Shown here: positions 10,051-23,510 of the stretch, piece by piece
Layout: every line of letters begins with the position of its first letter
How positions within the stretch are numbered: position 1 is the first letter of the stretch
Assembly: GCA_002245135.1 (NCBI GenBank)
Contig: NGBS01000895.1
Span: 1-64,000, forward strand
Direction: 5' to 3'
DNA: 64,000 nt
Origin: Proteromonas lacertae
Lineage: Eukaryota
The notes under the pieces: model-generated
What the model saw: the letters and a program-made list of their open reading frames with translations, nothing else
Told to the model about the DNA's origin: nothing
The model's database searches: none
Program-made: the position numbers and the translations under genes

Positions 10051-13000
10051 ATGGAGGTTGTTCCTGCTCCTGAATCACCCAAACCACGTATTTATATATA
10101 TAATTTTTATTATTTGTAGAAAAAAGAAAATTACCTACCTTATGTCCCTTGAATTTAGCGAAAAAAGAAGTTGCTATTCAATTACAGCATGTTCTGGAGT
10201 ATTTTAGCATTCATTATTTTTTAGTGAAATTCAACATGTAAAGAGAATGAAAATGAGTGAAAAAGCAGCAAAATCTTATCACGAAGTCATTCAAAAAAAT
10301 ACAGACACACTTGTATAATTATTTAATATTCATTAATAATATTTTTAATAGTCAAAACTTAAGTATCATTCTCAAGATGTTGAAAAAACTCAATCACTCT
10401 ATCCTTTAGCACTTTATACAGAACCAATACAGACATTTGACCTTGAAGATCTTGCCAAAGACCGGGAAAAGATTTTAAAAGAAATATATGACATAAAAAT
10501 GACTAGTGGTCGACCTTTACCAGCCAAAATCGGTTTAAATCGTCCACGAACCCATTGGGATAATTTATTAGACGAAATGAAGTGGATGGCGATTGATTTT
10601 TTTGAAGAAGGTGTTTGGAAAGTACGTGTATGTAAAGAAATAAATAAAGAATATAATGAGTTTATTAAAAACCATTCTAACTTCATATCAAAATCAAAAG
10701 AGAAAAATGAAATTAAAATAAACGAAATTGACAATTATAATTTAATCAATATACCATTCCAACTGAATTATCCAATTATAGAAGATAAAAACTTCAATAC
10801 ACAAAATAATAAGATTAAGGAGATTATATCAACAGATGATCTGTTAGAAGTGAAGATTTCAGAGATAATCCAAATTAGTGAGTCAGACATGGATAAAATC
10901 AATTGGGATAAAGAATTAGATAGTTATACATTATATCCACAACAGAAAGATGGTATAAATTTTATTTGTTCCCATTTTCAACAAAATTTACCAGTTATAT
11001 TCAATTCACCCAAAGGATATGGTACTCACTCATTATTTGCAATATTATTGGATTATATGAATAATAATAAAGGCAAAAGTAAGATAAATAACAAAGGAGA
11101 AAATGAATTACCGAATATCTTGATAGTAAATGATAAAGATGTAGAATATTATGAGTTTATTTGTTGTGCATTATTAGAAGCATCCAAGACTGTTGTATTA
11201 GAAAAAGATATAGACAATGAAAAGCTGATTATTTATGCTGATATTATAATTTGTCCTCAATCTTTAATATTTCAGAATAAATGGTTAACAAATTCATATT
11301 TTAACTTATTAATCGTTGATTGTAATGATTTAAGTGGATATTTACCATATTCTAACGATATGTCAGAATGTCTACTATTTTCCATAAGACTGAACAGTCG
11401 CTATGTGATAATAAGAAGTGATGTTGCTGATAATCAACAGGTACAGCTATTAAGCTTGTTATTCCCCTATTTAATCAATGATCCGTTATGTATCAAGAAT
11501 GACGCTTTATCGAAATTATATTCAAATATCACATATAGGCCAATAGAAATAGTCACAAAAGCTACAAATTATAAAAATAAACATATTCGTAATATAAAAG
11601 TTGAATTGACTGATTATCAAGAGAATCTATTTCATACAGCTTTATATGGTAATTTTTTAGATGAAGCTTATACTACTGTTGATCATATTAAATTTATTAG
11701 CTATTTATCAATGTTACACGCAATGTCAAGTCAACCATTCATATTTATAGAATTATGGAGAAGTCCGTTGGTTTTAGAATCAATAGAACCCATAAATCCA
11801 TTTATTTACACACTATTAAAATCAAAATATGATGAATTAGAGAATATAAATTTATATAACTATGGATTAATGTTAAATGCATATGATTATACTGATAATG
11901 AATATGAATCAATACAAAAACTCAATCCTGTTCAAAGCAATAATATGTATGCATATCAATATACAATTGATATGAATATTCTAAGATGTGATGCAAATAA
12001 ATCCACTTTACCATCAAAAATAAAAGTTGCATTAAGTATATATTTAAACATTCCAATTGAAAATATATATTCAAGAATCTCTTTATTTGCCAATAATACG
12101 AAATGTGAGATTAATATAACAGTTATATTAGAAAAAGATAAACTCAAAATTGATATGAATGAATTTGAAAATAAGTTGAATGAATATTTTGATCAAGGAG
12201 AATTAGCTGTTTATATCAATCAATTAGGAATTGATTTTGATAGTTTCAATGTGAAGATATATAATAGAGCAAAATATAATAATATAATCTTGAAGTTTAA
12301 TAGTGCAAATGATTATGCTGTGAATATATTACGAAGTAATTGGAAACCATTATATGGACAGGATCTGCTCCAATCGGTGTCTTCAATAATAATCAATAAA
12401 CCATCTATTACAACTTCTATTAATAACAATGAATTATTAAATAATAGAATATATGATATAATTGATAAAGATGAATTGAATAGATATAATTCAATGGCTA
12501 TTGAGAAAGTATATTGTATGTCCAATTATCATTATTTCCAACAATATGAACAATTAATTGAAGAGTTAAACATTCCATTTTATTCACCTACCATATACAA
12601 AGATAGTTTTTTACCTTACGATATACTATCAAATAAATACAAAGAAATAGACAATATTGTAGTAGAAAATAGTAATAAAAATTTACGAATATTATTGCTA
12701 TTTAGCGATGATGTATTTGAAGAATCAATTACTGATTTTTTAAGCAAAAGAAAACTAGATTATGTTATATTAGACCAGAATAAACCTACATTTAAATATG
12801 ATTTATTATATTTCAATTTTTCTAAGAATTATCCAATTGGAATATTATGTAATGAAGGAATAGACTTTAACAAAGCTGAAAATAGTAAAATATATTTAAA
12901 CTCACATACGATAGTACTAATGCATGGTATAAACCAAGGGAAATATAGTGACTACATGTGCAATATAGAGAATCACATTAATCCATTAATTGACTATAAG

Positions 13001-13624
13001 TTTTATAGAGTTATTGCTGAAGGTACTTTGGATGATTATATTATTTATGACAATACAATGAGTTCAAATTGTTATAACAATAATCCAAAATTTTTAGAGA
13101 AAATAAGAAAGAATCATAATTTACCAAGTAGAAAAGTGTTACATTATTTTTATGAAGATAATAACTACTGTAAATTAGATGAAAGTCCATGGATAATAGT
13201 TAAGAATGAGATAATAAAGAGATATGATACAAATCTAAAGAAAGCTGTAGAATATGTCAGTTGTAATGTGAGTGAAATATTTGACAATATAAACTCTGAT
13301 CATATACCACTTGATAATGAATTAATTATGTTTAATAATAATAATAATAATCATTATATATCCAAAGACACTCTATTCTATAATACCAATAGTAATATAT
13401 ACACTAATAACAACAGCAATGGTATAAATAGTAAAAAATTCAATAATGAGTTTGATATATTGAATGAATACTGTTTTGAAATGTCTAAGATCAATATTCC
13501 AACAATTCCTCACTTATATGGTCCTCCAGATCCATTAATTAACACTTATTATGATGATAAAGACAAGAGTAATGATTTACTGCAATATATAGTGTCATTT
13601 AATGAAACAAGTAACAGCAATCTA

Positions 13625-13657
<33 letters not shown>

Positions 13658-15427
13658 CTATCAAGTAACTCTATGAATATGAATGATGACATATATATGA
13701 GTGGTAGAAGAAGTAGAAATAGAAAAAAACCTACCTATGATAAAGATGACATTTATACTTATGGTGGTTCAAGTGACGATGATACAATTCTTCCAATTCC
13801 TAAATCAGTAAAGTCTCATAACACTGTCAATATTAATAATCTATTACCTCCTTTACCTGGTAGAAATAATAATAATTTGTGGACTAAATTGAGTGATAGT
13901 GTCTTGTTATGGTGTGTGAAAGAATATGGTAAAAATTGGGAATTGATATGTCAATTATTAGTGAAATATAACATTAATAAAGGTAGTTTATGTTGTAAGA
14001 ATCGATATGAGAAATTATCCAATGAAATTAACTGTAAAGATCCAATTACTTGTTATAATAAGAATGACAGTGTTTATACAAGTGATGTTCAGAAATTATA
14101 TAATAAAAAGATCGATAGTTTATTATCAAGTGATGTAAAAGAACTAAAACCAGAAATGAAAAGAATTATAAGCAGCAAAGAGGGAGAAAATGGAATGAGA
14201 AAATGTGAAAGAACTAATGATGATGAAGCGAATAGTAATAAATATAAGAATATACTCAATACATTTGATAGTATATTAAGAATCAATCAGAATCATGGTT
14301 ATAGAAATTGTTTATATGGTTTAGACTTGATGAATAGTAATAACAACAACAACAATATCAGTAACAGCAGTTCAAATAGTAGTACAAATATGAATGGTGG
14401 TGTTGGTGGTAGTTTATCATCTCCTTCAATGAACATCAATTCTGGAAATTCATTAAATGAAAGAACTGTAACACCAAGTGCATTTTTAGATGATTTTTAT
14501 ACAAAGAAGAAAGAAATCCCAAATATAAATATGAATAACAATAGTTCAAATGTCTTAAATCCATCCCAACTTCCAACTAACATTCAAAATAGTATGTCTA
14601 ATGCAGCAAATGTGACAGGGAATAATATAAATATGAATAATTCCACCAACAATAATGGAGTTTACTATCAAAATATAATTAATGGAAATACAGTAATGAG
14701 TTATGATAATAATATGAAAACTATGACTGTAGGAGGAAATAGTAATAATTCTAACAATAATAATAATAATAATATAAGAAGAATGATGAATAATGGAAAT
14801 ATGATGATGAATACCAATAACAATAACAATAACAACGCTTCAATGTCATTCCAACAGAGAAACAATCATCATTTACAAACAATCAGTCCAAAATTACAAA
14901 ATCGAGGTGGAAATAATACAGGAAATAGTAATACGAATAATATAATGAACAATAATAATATAAACTTAATGGCTAATCAAAATAATAATAATAATAATGT
15001 GATGGTTAATGTTGGAATGAATATGAATATGGGAAATAGCCGTAAAATGAGTAAAGTTCGATCAAATCGTAATACAAATCGTAATATGAATACTGCAAAT
15101 AGCAACACAATGGGAATGAACAAAATGAATTTGAACAATTCATCAATGACGATTCAAATACCATCTCAACAACAAATGCAGTTACAGAATCCAATGAATA
15201 TACAGGGAGTTAATAATAATAATATGATATTAAATCATGGAGCAGCTGGAGGTTATATGAATAACAACAACAATAATAATAATCAACAACATATAATGTC
15301 ACCTACTTTACAAATGAGTCCAAACCAACTACAAGTTCCATCTTCATCCTCATCATCTTCATCTTCAATTCCTACTCAATTACAACATAATAATATGAAT
15401 CAACCAAATCAGAATCATCCTATTGCA

Positions 15428-15458
<31 letters not shown>

Positions 15459-15736
15459 TGTTATTATCAGGAATGAATTCAGTTTCTCAAATTTCAATGT
15501 CTTTACAATCACCAAATCAATCACCAATATCATTACCTAATCAAAATATGAATATGAATAATAGAAATATTAGAAATATCAATTCTAATAACAATCAAGG
15601 TAATTCAGTTGATTTACCTATTGAACTACAGGAGTCAGTTCAAAGAATCATTGGAAGAAATGATATCAATGAAGAAGAAAAGAAGAGACAAATTGCATTG
15701 TTGTTGCAACAAGCTGAAACAAGTGGGAGGAGATAA
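10051..15736 (+). CDS. p400/Domino/SWR1/EAF1-like chromatin protein: HSA domain, degenerate split SNF2 ATPase, SANT/Myb domain, N/Q/M-rich tail
   Basis: HSA motif RPRTHWDNLLDEMKWMAIDFFEE; LYPQQKDGINF (Q motif); YRVIAEGTLDDYI (SNF2 C-terminal motif); SANT WTKLSDSVLLWCVKEYGKNWELI..CKNRY; short 5' exons from ATG 10051. Confidence 0.8.
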
Positions 15737-16204
15737 GAGAATGTTGGTGATTAATTGTTTTTATTTCTTTATATTCTATATATATATATGTGTTTGTTTG
15801 TTTATCTAATATATAACATATTTGTTGTAAAACAGTAATATTATCATATAAGTCATACATATTAAACTGTATCTTTTCTTATGGTGTAAGTTTTATTGAC
15901 AGAATAAAATAAATGATAAATCGAATGTTAAAAATAGAAAATGAAGAAAGAATAAGTTGAAAGGAGTTATTATAGAAAGAAATAAGAGCAATTGGTGAAT
16001 GTGTTGAATGTATTGTTAATAATTGATAAAAGATAATGAATTACATCATATTTATTTCATATTTCATCTTCAAAGCACTGATTAACACTTTCACCAACAC
16101 AATCATGATTCATCTGTGTATAATATGCCATTAATATAAATTCACAATTGAGTATTATTGCCTTTATCACACCTCCTATCAATTGAATTAAATCACATTT
16201 TAAG

Positions 16205-18390
16205 TTTTGGGTTATTCAAAATTTTGATAAAAATCAAATTTCGTTATTTTTGTTATATATTTACATAAAGATGATAATAAAAGTGAATAAAAGCATAAGA
16301 GAAGAGGGGTATATTTTGTATTTATTTTTATGATAGATTATGTCGAAAATTGGTTGAAAGTGGTTTTGGTGATATAGAAGTGAAGATTGGAGATAGTCGA
16401 ATAATGTCAATCAAGTCAATTTTAGTGAATGGAAATGAAACTGTAAAGAAACTGTTGTTAGATCGTGAGTTTGTAGGAGTTTTAGAGTTATATGAAGAAA
16501 TCGAAGAAATTGGCTATTATGAGATGGAGAAATACTACAGTGGTGGTGAATTGGTAATCATGTAAAGAGAGTGTGTGTGAAGTGTTGATGTTTTGTTTAT
16601 GTTATTGTGAAAAAGAGATAATAAATGATTGTTATGAATTTAGTGAAGAATAATATAGATGATGAAGTGTTAATGAAATTAATTCATATATGTAATGTAT
16701 TTGGTGGATGTTTGAGAGAGATAGAAGACTTGAAAAATATGGAAATAGAAAAGCGAGGATATAAATATTTATATAAGAATGAATATTTGTTGAGATTAGA
16801 AATGAATAATTTGATTGAGATATTAAATATGAGAGATGTGATAATAGTGAATGAGTTATGGTTATTAAATCGTTTATTAGAATGGTATAAATTCCAAAAG
16901 AATAAGAAAGAAAATAAAGAGATTAAAGCAGATTTTAAACAATTGATAGAAGAAGATATTGATGTAGAAAAGATAAAAGAGAATGAAATGGGAAAAGAGA
17001 AAAAAGAAATGTTGAAAGAAATGAAAATAGAATTAAAGAAAAATGAATGTAAAAATCATTTAGAATTATGTTTAATAAAAGATGAAAGAATTCAAAATGT
17101 GATAATCAACAAATACAATGAAGATAATAAAGAAGAAGACTTTAATGAAGAAGAAAGAAGAATATTGGATAAAATGAAAGAAGAAGAATTGAATGATGAA
17201 ATAATGTGTATATTAGAAATGAATAATATAAAAATAACAGAAATAGTATTGATGATAATGAAATACAAAAATATGAAAATGGAAAGTATAAATACTAAAA
17301 ATATATTTAAATAGAATATATCTCAAATATCGAAAAGAGAACTATGTTTGATAGATTATGTATAGAATATAATGAGAATAAAAGAAATCGAACAATGAAA
17401 TGTTTATGTTTATTCATTGAGATTAAAAAGAGTGTTTTAATAATAGAAGAAGTATGTGGAAAAGAAATTCTTTTTAGAATATTGAATGAAGATAATTATT
17501 TAAACTCCAAATCGAAAGAATTATTAATAGAATATATAAAAGAGAATAAATTGAGTTTCGAAGAAGAAGAAGAAATGATAGAAATAATGAAAGATAAAGA
17601 ATTATTGAAAGAATTAAAAACAAAAGAAATCACATCATTTTCATATCTTCAATCAGAATATTCATGTGCTATTAATGAAGAAATGTCAATAATTCCTTCA
17701 TTTGATGGAAATCGATGTGAATTTTCAGTCAATCCTTCATTGCCAGATGGAATAATGATAGATAAAGAAAATGGAATAATTCATGGAAAAGTGAATAAAG
17801 AAATCAAAAAGAGAGAATATGAAATAAGTTGTAAGAACATTATTAGTGAAAAGAAATTGATAATATCATTAGAATTTCAGATTAAATTCACAGAATTAAA
17901 CAAATGTGATGGAATATCAATATCAAATAATGGAAAATTAATAACAAATACAAATGGTTTTTATAATCATTGTTATTTGAATTTGAAAATGGAAAATGGA
18001 GTTTATCATATCAAATATCAATTTCATCAAAATGGAAATTATAATGATCATGGAAAGATGTTAGGATTATCAACTAATAATACATATTCTGGTAATAATA
18101 TTTATAATCAATCAACAACATGTAATTATTATGCATTTGATGGTGAAAGTAGAAATATTACTCCATATTGTCATATTGGAAGAGTTGTTACTTCAAATCC
18201 TCATTTCAATAATCATGGAGATGGTTCAATTTATGAAGTGATTATTGATATGAATAAAAGAGAATTTTTGATAAGTCATAATGATTCATCTCCAGTTTTA
18301 CTTGTTAAAGATTTACCTTCTGCCTTATATCCTTATGCTGTAGTTTGTCCAAATAATTCTGTAGTTGAACTAATATCAGTTTCTCATCAA
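16205..18390 (+). repeat. Left arm of a ~2.2 kb inverted duplication (partner ~26560-28741)
   Basis: Direct comparison shows near identity from the shared 5' flank TTTTGGGTTATTCAAAATTTTGATAAAAATC through the coding region. Confidence 0.95.
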
Positions 18391-18396
18391 GTTTAA
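16271..18396 (+). pseudogene. BTB/POZ - Ig-like (He_PIG) - SPRY/B30.2-like protein, copy 1, with two +1 frameshifts (~16561, ~16642)
   Basis: Introns at 16309-16336 and 17286-17314. BTB-like start GFGDIEVKI..KSILV; He_PIG-like motif FSVNPSLPDGIMIDKENGIIHG; SPRY-like MLGLS..IYEVIIDMNKREFLI..LYPYA. Has extra bases relative to intact copy 2. Confidence 0.75.
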
Positions 18397-18436
18397 AAAA
18401 ACACAATAAACAACAACAAAAGTAAATTAATTATAA

Positions 18437-19912
18437 TTAATAAATAATTTCATTCAAATTTTCTATATCACTAAAATCTATTTCATTTCGACTTTTATAT
18501 CGAATATCTTCCATATTTGAGAATAATCCTATACTACTATTATCACTTTCACTTTCAACTTTCTCAAATACAAAAACTCTATACATATGAATTGCATTCC
18601 ACTCGTCATATCCTATTGAACCTCGTTTATCAAATATTGTCTTTCTTTCTATTTGTTTCTCAATCTCTGGATCATCTAATATTCTATATAAATAATCATT
18701 TAAATTTTCAGATAAAATCAGTTTCAAATTATATTTTTCGCCAATTTCTTTCAATAATTGTGGAACTACTACAAACTCATCCAATCCTTCTACTGATTCT
18801 AATAATGTAAATTTGTATCTTACACCAAACGGATATAATTTCATTTTCCATTGTTTTTTGTAGTTTTCTTCATCCATTTCTACTTTACATACTTCATTAC
18901 TGAATGAATAAATCTTTTCACTTTTTATATTCTCTTCTTTATCTTCATTCTCTTCTTTTCCTTTCTCTATCACATTTATAAATCCATTTCGAATCAATCT
19001 AATAATTGCATTACCATCACTTATTGTTCCTATAAAATATTTTTTATTCTTCAATCTCTTTGATACTGTCTTAAATAATAGATTAATAGATTTTTCACTT
19101 TCAAATAAATAATGTAAAGCAAATTGCATACTTATACAATCAAATGCTTCATATTCATTGAAAAAAGATGTTTCATTTATATCACAACTTCCTAAATCAC
19201 ATACAGCAAATCTTGATTTGAATTCCCAATTACTCGATTTAAATCTTTCTATTGCATTTTTTACAGATTCAGAAGCTATATCAATTCCTACATATTTCTT
19301 TATTTTGTTAAAGTTCCATTTTCCCATATCTCCTCCTTTACCACAAGCTAAATCCAAAACACTAGCATCTTTCTTTGGACAGTATTTTTGAATTAATGAT
19401 GTTTTGATTAGATTGTTTACTTGTCTCAGATGTTTTATTTTGGATTCTTCTCTTTCTTCTCTATCAAGAGATTGGATTTTGTTATAATGAAAGGCAACGT
19501 CTGAACTATTACCACTTTTACTACTACTAGCAGTAGTAGTAGTAGATGATGTGGATGAATATTGTTGTGCAGGTTTTGATTTTATATAATTTTCTGATTG
19601 TGTGGGAGGTTTATTATATGTTTGGGGTTGTACTGGTTTTGAAGTTTGGTTTTTTGTATTATTCTCTTTTTTTTCACCTGTAACTATATTAAACAGTTTT
19701 CTTTCACCTTGACCATCTAAAAAAAAGCACCAATACTCTGGCATATCTGCCACTTTCCAATAACACTCTTTCATATTTTTAACTGAGTAGTAGTAGTCCA
19801 TATTCTTAGAATTTGAATGAGCCTTCTTCCAATCACTTTCATTAGATGGTTTCAAATCTATTATCATAATAAATATAAAAATACTATTATAAAATTGTTT
19901 TAAGTGCTCCAT
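18437..19912 (-). CDS. RNMT: mRNA cap guanine-N7 methyltransferase with an N-terminal WW-like domain
   Basis: VAFHYN..REES.I..LR..NN.IK, VLDLACGKGGDMGKW, GIDIA, ISMQFALHYLFESE, FG..Y.F.L; WW-like WKKAHS..YYY..CYW. Likely start is ATG 19912, followed by a 27-nt in-frame intron. Confidence 0.93.
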   Translation of the reverse strand: MEHLKQFYNSIFIFIMIIDLKPSNESDWKKAHSNSKNMDYYYSVKNMKECYWKVADMPEYWCFFLDGQGERKLFNIVTGEKKENNTKNQTSKPVQPQTYNKPPTQSENYIKSKPAQQYSSTSSTTTTASSSKSGNSSDVAFHYNKIQSLDREEREESKIKHLRQVNNLIKTSLIQKYCPKKDASVLDLACGKGGDMGKWNFNKIKKYVGIDIASESVKNAIERFKSSNWEFKSRFAVCDLGSCDINETSFFNEYEAFDCISMQFALHYLFESEKSINLLFKTVSKRLKNKKYFIGTISDGNAIIRLIRNGFINVIEKGKEENEDKEENIKSEKIYSFSNEVCKVEMDEENYKKQWKMKLYPFGVRYKFTLLESVEGLDEFVVVPQLLKEIGEKYNLKLILSENLNDYLYRILDDPEIEKQIERKTIFDKRGSIGYDEWNAIHMYRVFVFEKVESESDNSSIGLFSNMEDIRYKSRNEIDFSDIENLNEIIY

Positions 19913-20020
19913 TGCAAAAAAATTGAGTTTGAAATAAAAAAGCTTGAAAACACAAACTTCTAAAATCAACCAATAAAAACAATCCATTCCACATTCATCA
20001 CAAATTAGCATTTCTGAAAA

Positions 20021-21335
20021 ATGAGTCACAGAAAGTTCGAAGGTATGATATTTTCATTCCTTTCTATATATTTGACAATTATATGTTCATATCTCTAATT
20101 TATATAGCTCCACGTCACGGATCAATGGGATTTAGACCAAGAAAGCGATGCACACACGTAAGAGGTCATGTAAGAAGTTTCCCAAAGGATAACGTCGCTG
20201 AAGATCCACATTTAACTGCATTTATGGGATACAAAGCTGGTATGACCCATGTAATCAAGTACTGTTTCAAACCAGGTTCAAGTATAACTCAAAATAATTA
20301 TTTTTTCCAATAGAGAACCACAAGAAGGAAATCATGGAAGCTGTTACAATCATCGAATGTCCACCAATCACCATCATTGGTGTAGTAGGATACATTGAAA
20401 CACCAAGAGGTTTAAGAACACTCAAGACTGTATGGGCTGGCCACATTAGCACCACTGCTTTAAGAAGATTCTACAAAAACTGGTATCATGGAAAGAAGAA
20501 GGCCTTCACAAAGTATGCTAAGAATGTAGCAACTGAAGCTGGTCAAAAGAACATGGAAGCTCAATTAGCCAAAATCACCAAATACGCCACAATCGTCAGA
20601 GTAATTGCCCATACTGATATGACTAAATTGAACTTAAGACAGAAGAAAGCTCATATCATGGAAATCCAAATCAATGGAGGAAGTATTCAAGATAAAGTGA
20701 AATACGCCAAGAGTTTATTCGAACAAAGTGTAAGAGTAGATACAGTCTTTAGTGAATATGAAAAAATCGATATTATTGGTGTAACAAAAGGTAAAGGATT
20801 CCAAGGTGTAGTTAAAAGATTTGGTGTAAGAAGATTACCACGTAAAACCCACAGAGGTTTAAGAAAGGTTGCTTGTATTGGTCCATGGCATCCAATGAGA
20901 GTTAATATTGGTGTAGCTCGTGCTGGTCAATTAGGTTACTTCCACAGAACTGAAACTGGTAAAGAAATTTACAGAGTTGGAAAATTCGAAGAAAATGATA
21001 AAAACGCTAGTACTGAAGTTGATTTAACTGTAAAAGGTATTAACCCATTAGGAGGATTCCCTCATTATGGTATTGTAAAGAACGATTGGTTAATGATTAA
21101 GGGATGTTGTATAGGTTGTAAAAAGAGAATTTTAACCTTAAGAAAATCATTACATCCATACATTGAAAGATCTGCTGAAGCTCTTGAAGATATCCACAAG
21201 AACCAATTACAATTTATTGATACTTCAAGCAAGTTTGGACATGGTAGATTCCAAACCGTTGCTGAGAAGAAGCAATTCTATAATAGAAAGGATGAATCAA
21301 CCAAGACTGAAACTGCTGCAACAACAAGTGCTTAA
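20021..21335 (+). CDS. RPL3: 60S ribosomal protein L3 (uL3), 3 exons
   Basis: [67 protein letters not shown]. Confidence 0.98.
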
Positions 21336-21549
21336 ATGTGATTGTTTTAAAATAAACAAATGGAATGGATTTAAAAGGAATATTGCGTTTTTTTGTTTTG
21401 GGGAGTTAATTATGAACATAATTAAAGAAGAAATATAATCATTGTTTTATAATGATTATATATGTTATGTTTATAATAATACTAAATACTATTAAATAGT
21501 GTAATTATCACACTGAAGGACATTTTCATTTTGTAAGATATTGAATGTT

Positions 21550-23381
21550 ATGAAGTATAATCTATCTATTTATTATAGTAGTAGTAATTTTGAAGGTGTA
21601 CAAAAGCCAATATCTACTGATAATCCAACTCCTAAAGAGATTAAAAGATCGGAAGAATTAGTTGATTATCTAAAGTATTGAATATTGTTTAACAAATAGA
21701 CAAAATAATTTATATGAAAGTATCGAGGAGATTAACCATAGGGAGGATGTTTTAATTAATCTATCTCGTTTAATGAATGAATTTGTAAAGAATGTAGCGA
21801 AAACATTAGTATTATCGATGTTTATAATATTTTTAGAAAAAACCATGTCATATTTATAAAAATGCCATAGGCAAACTGTTTGTGTATGGTTCTTATGGTT
21901 TAAAAGTTCAAATTCCATGTGCAAATATTGACATTCTTTGTGTTACTCCCAAATATGTAACAAGAGAACATTTCTTTAATATATTTACATTGATATTAAA
22001 ATCAGATAAAGGAATTGAGGAAATAAATTCAATAGAATCAGCTTATGTTCCTCTCATTAAAATAATATATGAAGGTGTAGAATGTGTTTTACAATTTTTA
22101 TCTTTAGCATATGAAGAGATAGAGGAGAATTTGAATATATTAGATGAAGATATTCTTAATAATGCAGATGAATCAATGATTAGAAGTTTAAATGGATATA
22201 GAACAACCGATATGATTTTAAAACTAGTAGATTATCCTATAGAATATAGAATTGCACTAAAATTTTTAATAGACTGGGCTAATAAAAGAGGAATATACTC
22301 GAATAAGATGGGATATTTAGGAGGAGGTACTTTATCACTTCTAATGTGTTATATATGTGAATTATATCCCAATGCCTGTTCATAGTATAATTATTTGTAT
22401 TTATGTTAATAGTGTTTTAATTAAGAAATTCTTCAATGTTTATCAACAATATAAATGGGAAAAACCAATTCAACTTATAGAAAATAAAAAGAAGAATATT
22501 GAGTTGGATAAATACAGATGGGATCCAACAGTAAATAGAAAAGATCAAGGTCACAAAATGATAGTATTAACTCCAGCATATCCTAGTCTGAATGCAACTC
22601 CAAATGTAAATACATATTCACTGAAAGTGATGGTTAATGAACTACAAAGAGGACATGAAGTAATGAATGAAATTGAAAAAGGTGAAGCAGTATATCTATT
22701 GTTATTGTAATGATATAGAATTGGGATAAATTGATTGAACCATCAGATTTCTTTTATAAATATTATGATTATTTGGCAATAAAAGTGTCAGCTACTGAAG
22801 AACATATACTTCAATGGTTAGGATATTGTGAATCAAAACTTCGTAAATTTGTTGAATTATTAGGTGAAACTGGTTTATTTGAAACTATTCATTTACATCC
22901 AGCTGAATATCATAATCTCAAAATATTGTATTATGAAGATAAAGACAAAGATATCAAGATTCCATTGTTAAACTCTGAATTTTTCATTGGTATAAAATTA
23001 AAAAGTGGAGAAGAAAATATAGACATTGCAATTCCAATTGAGAAATTTTGCAGTTTATTTATCAACAGTTTTAGACATAAAACACAAGATATGATAATTG
23101 AAGTAGTGTATTATCAATCAAATAATTTACCATCATATTTAGGATTGGATTTTACAAAAATTGTTTTAAATAGAAACATGAATAATACAAGAAGTGTAAC
23201 AAGAAGTGAAATTATTGGAAAAATAAAAGATGTTGATGAAGATAACTCTAAAAAGTTAAGGTTAGAATTTAAGAATAAAATTGAAGGGAACTTAACCACT
23301 TCTGCAGTTAAAAGAAAATCAGTTATTCAATTAAAGAAAAGAAATAAGAATGATATATGGAAGAAAATAAAAACAGAATAA
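21550..23381 (+). CDS. Canonical poly(A) polymerase homologue, multi-exon, probably catalytically impaired
   Basis: GSYGLKV...ANIDILCV, AYVPLIK, RSLNGYRTTD, WANKRGIYSNKMGYLGG, LYPNA, TPAYPSLNAT, W.GYCESKLR; several short GT-AG introns link the ORF fragments. Confidence 0.9.
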
Positions 23382-23510
23382 ATAATCATAGTTAATTTCG
23401 TTAAGTCAATATGCTGTTGTGAATTATACAAAAGAATAATTTGTTTTTATGAGACTAACCATAATATTTTTCTTGATAATTATATAATTCACATTTTTAG
23501 TTATAGAATA

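Noticed and set aside
13320..15600. AAT/AAC trinucleotide arrays as satellite or CRISPR-like repeats
   Set aside because: They are in-frame poly-Asn tracts of the p400-like protein, with no spacer structure.
15860..16200. Coding-like minus-strand remnant upstream of BTB copy 1
   Set aside because: Interrupted by stops and not confidently alignable by eye.
18030..18390. Diversity-generating retroelement as the cause of SPRY variation (many NNT codon swaps)
   Set aside because: No reverse transcriptase or template repeat is in the window, the differences include a codon indel, and T-ending codons are expected in this AT-rich genome. Two copies cannot test adenine specificity.
18437..23381. 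RNMT-RPL3-PAP as a functional mRNA-processing cluster
   Set aside because: Three adjacent housekeeping-type genes can co-occur by chance; there is no shared element beyond an ordinary bidirectional promoter.
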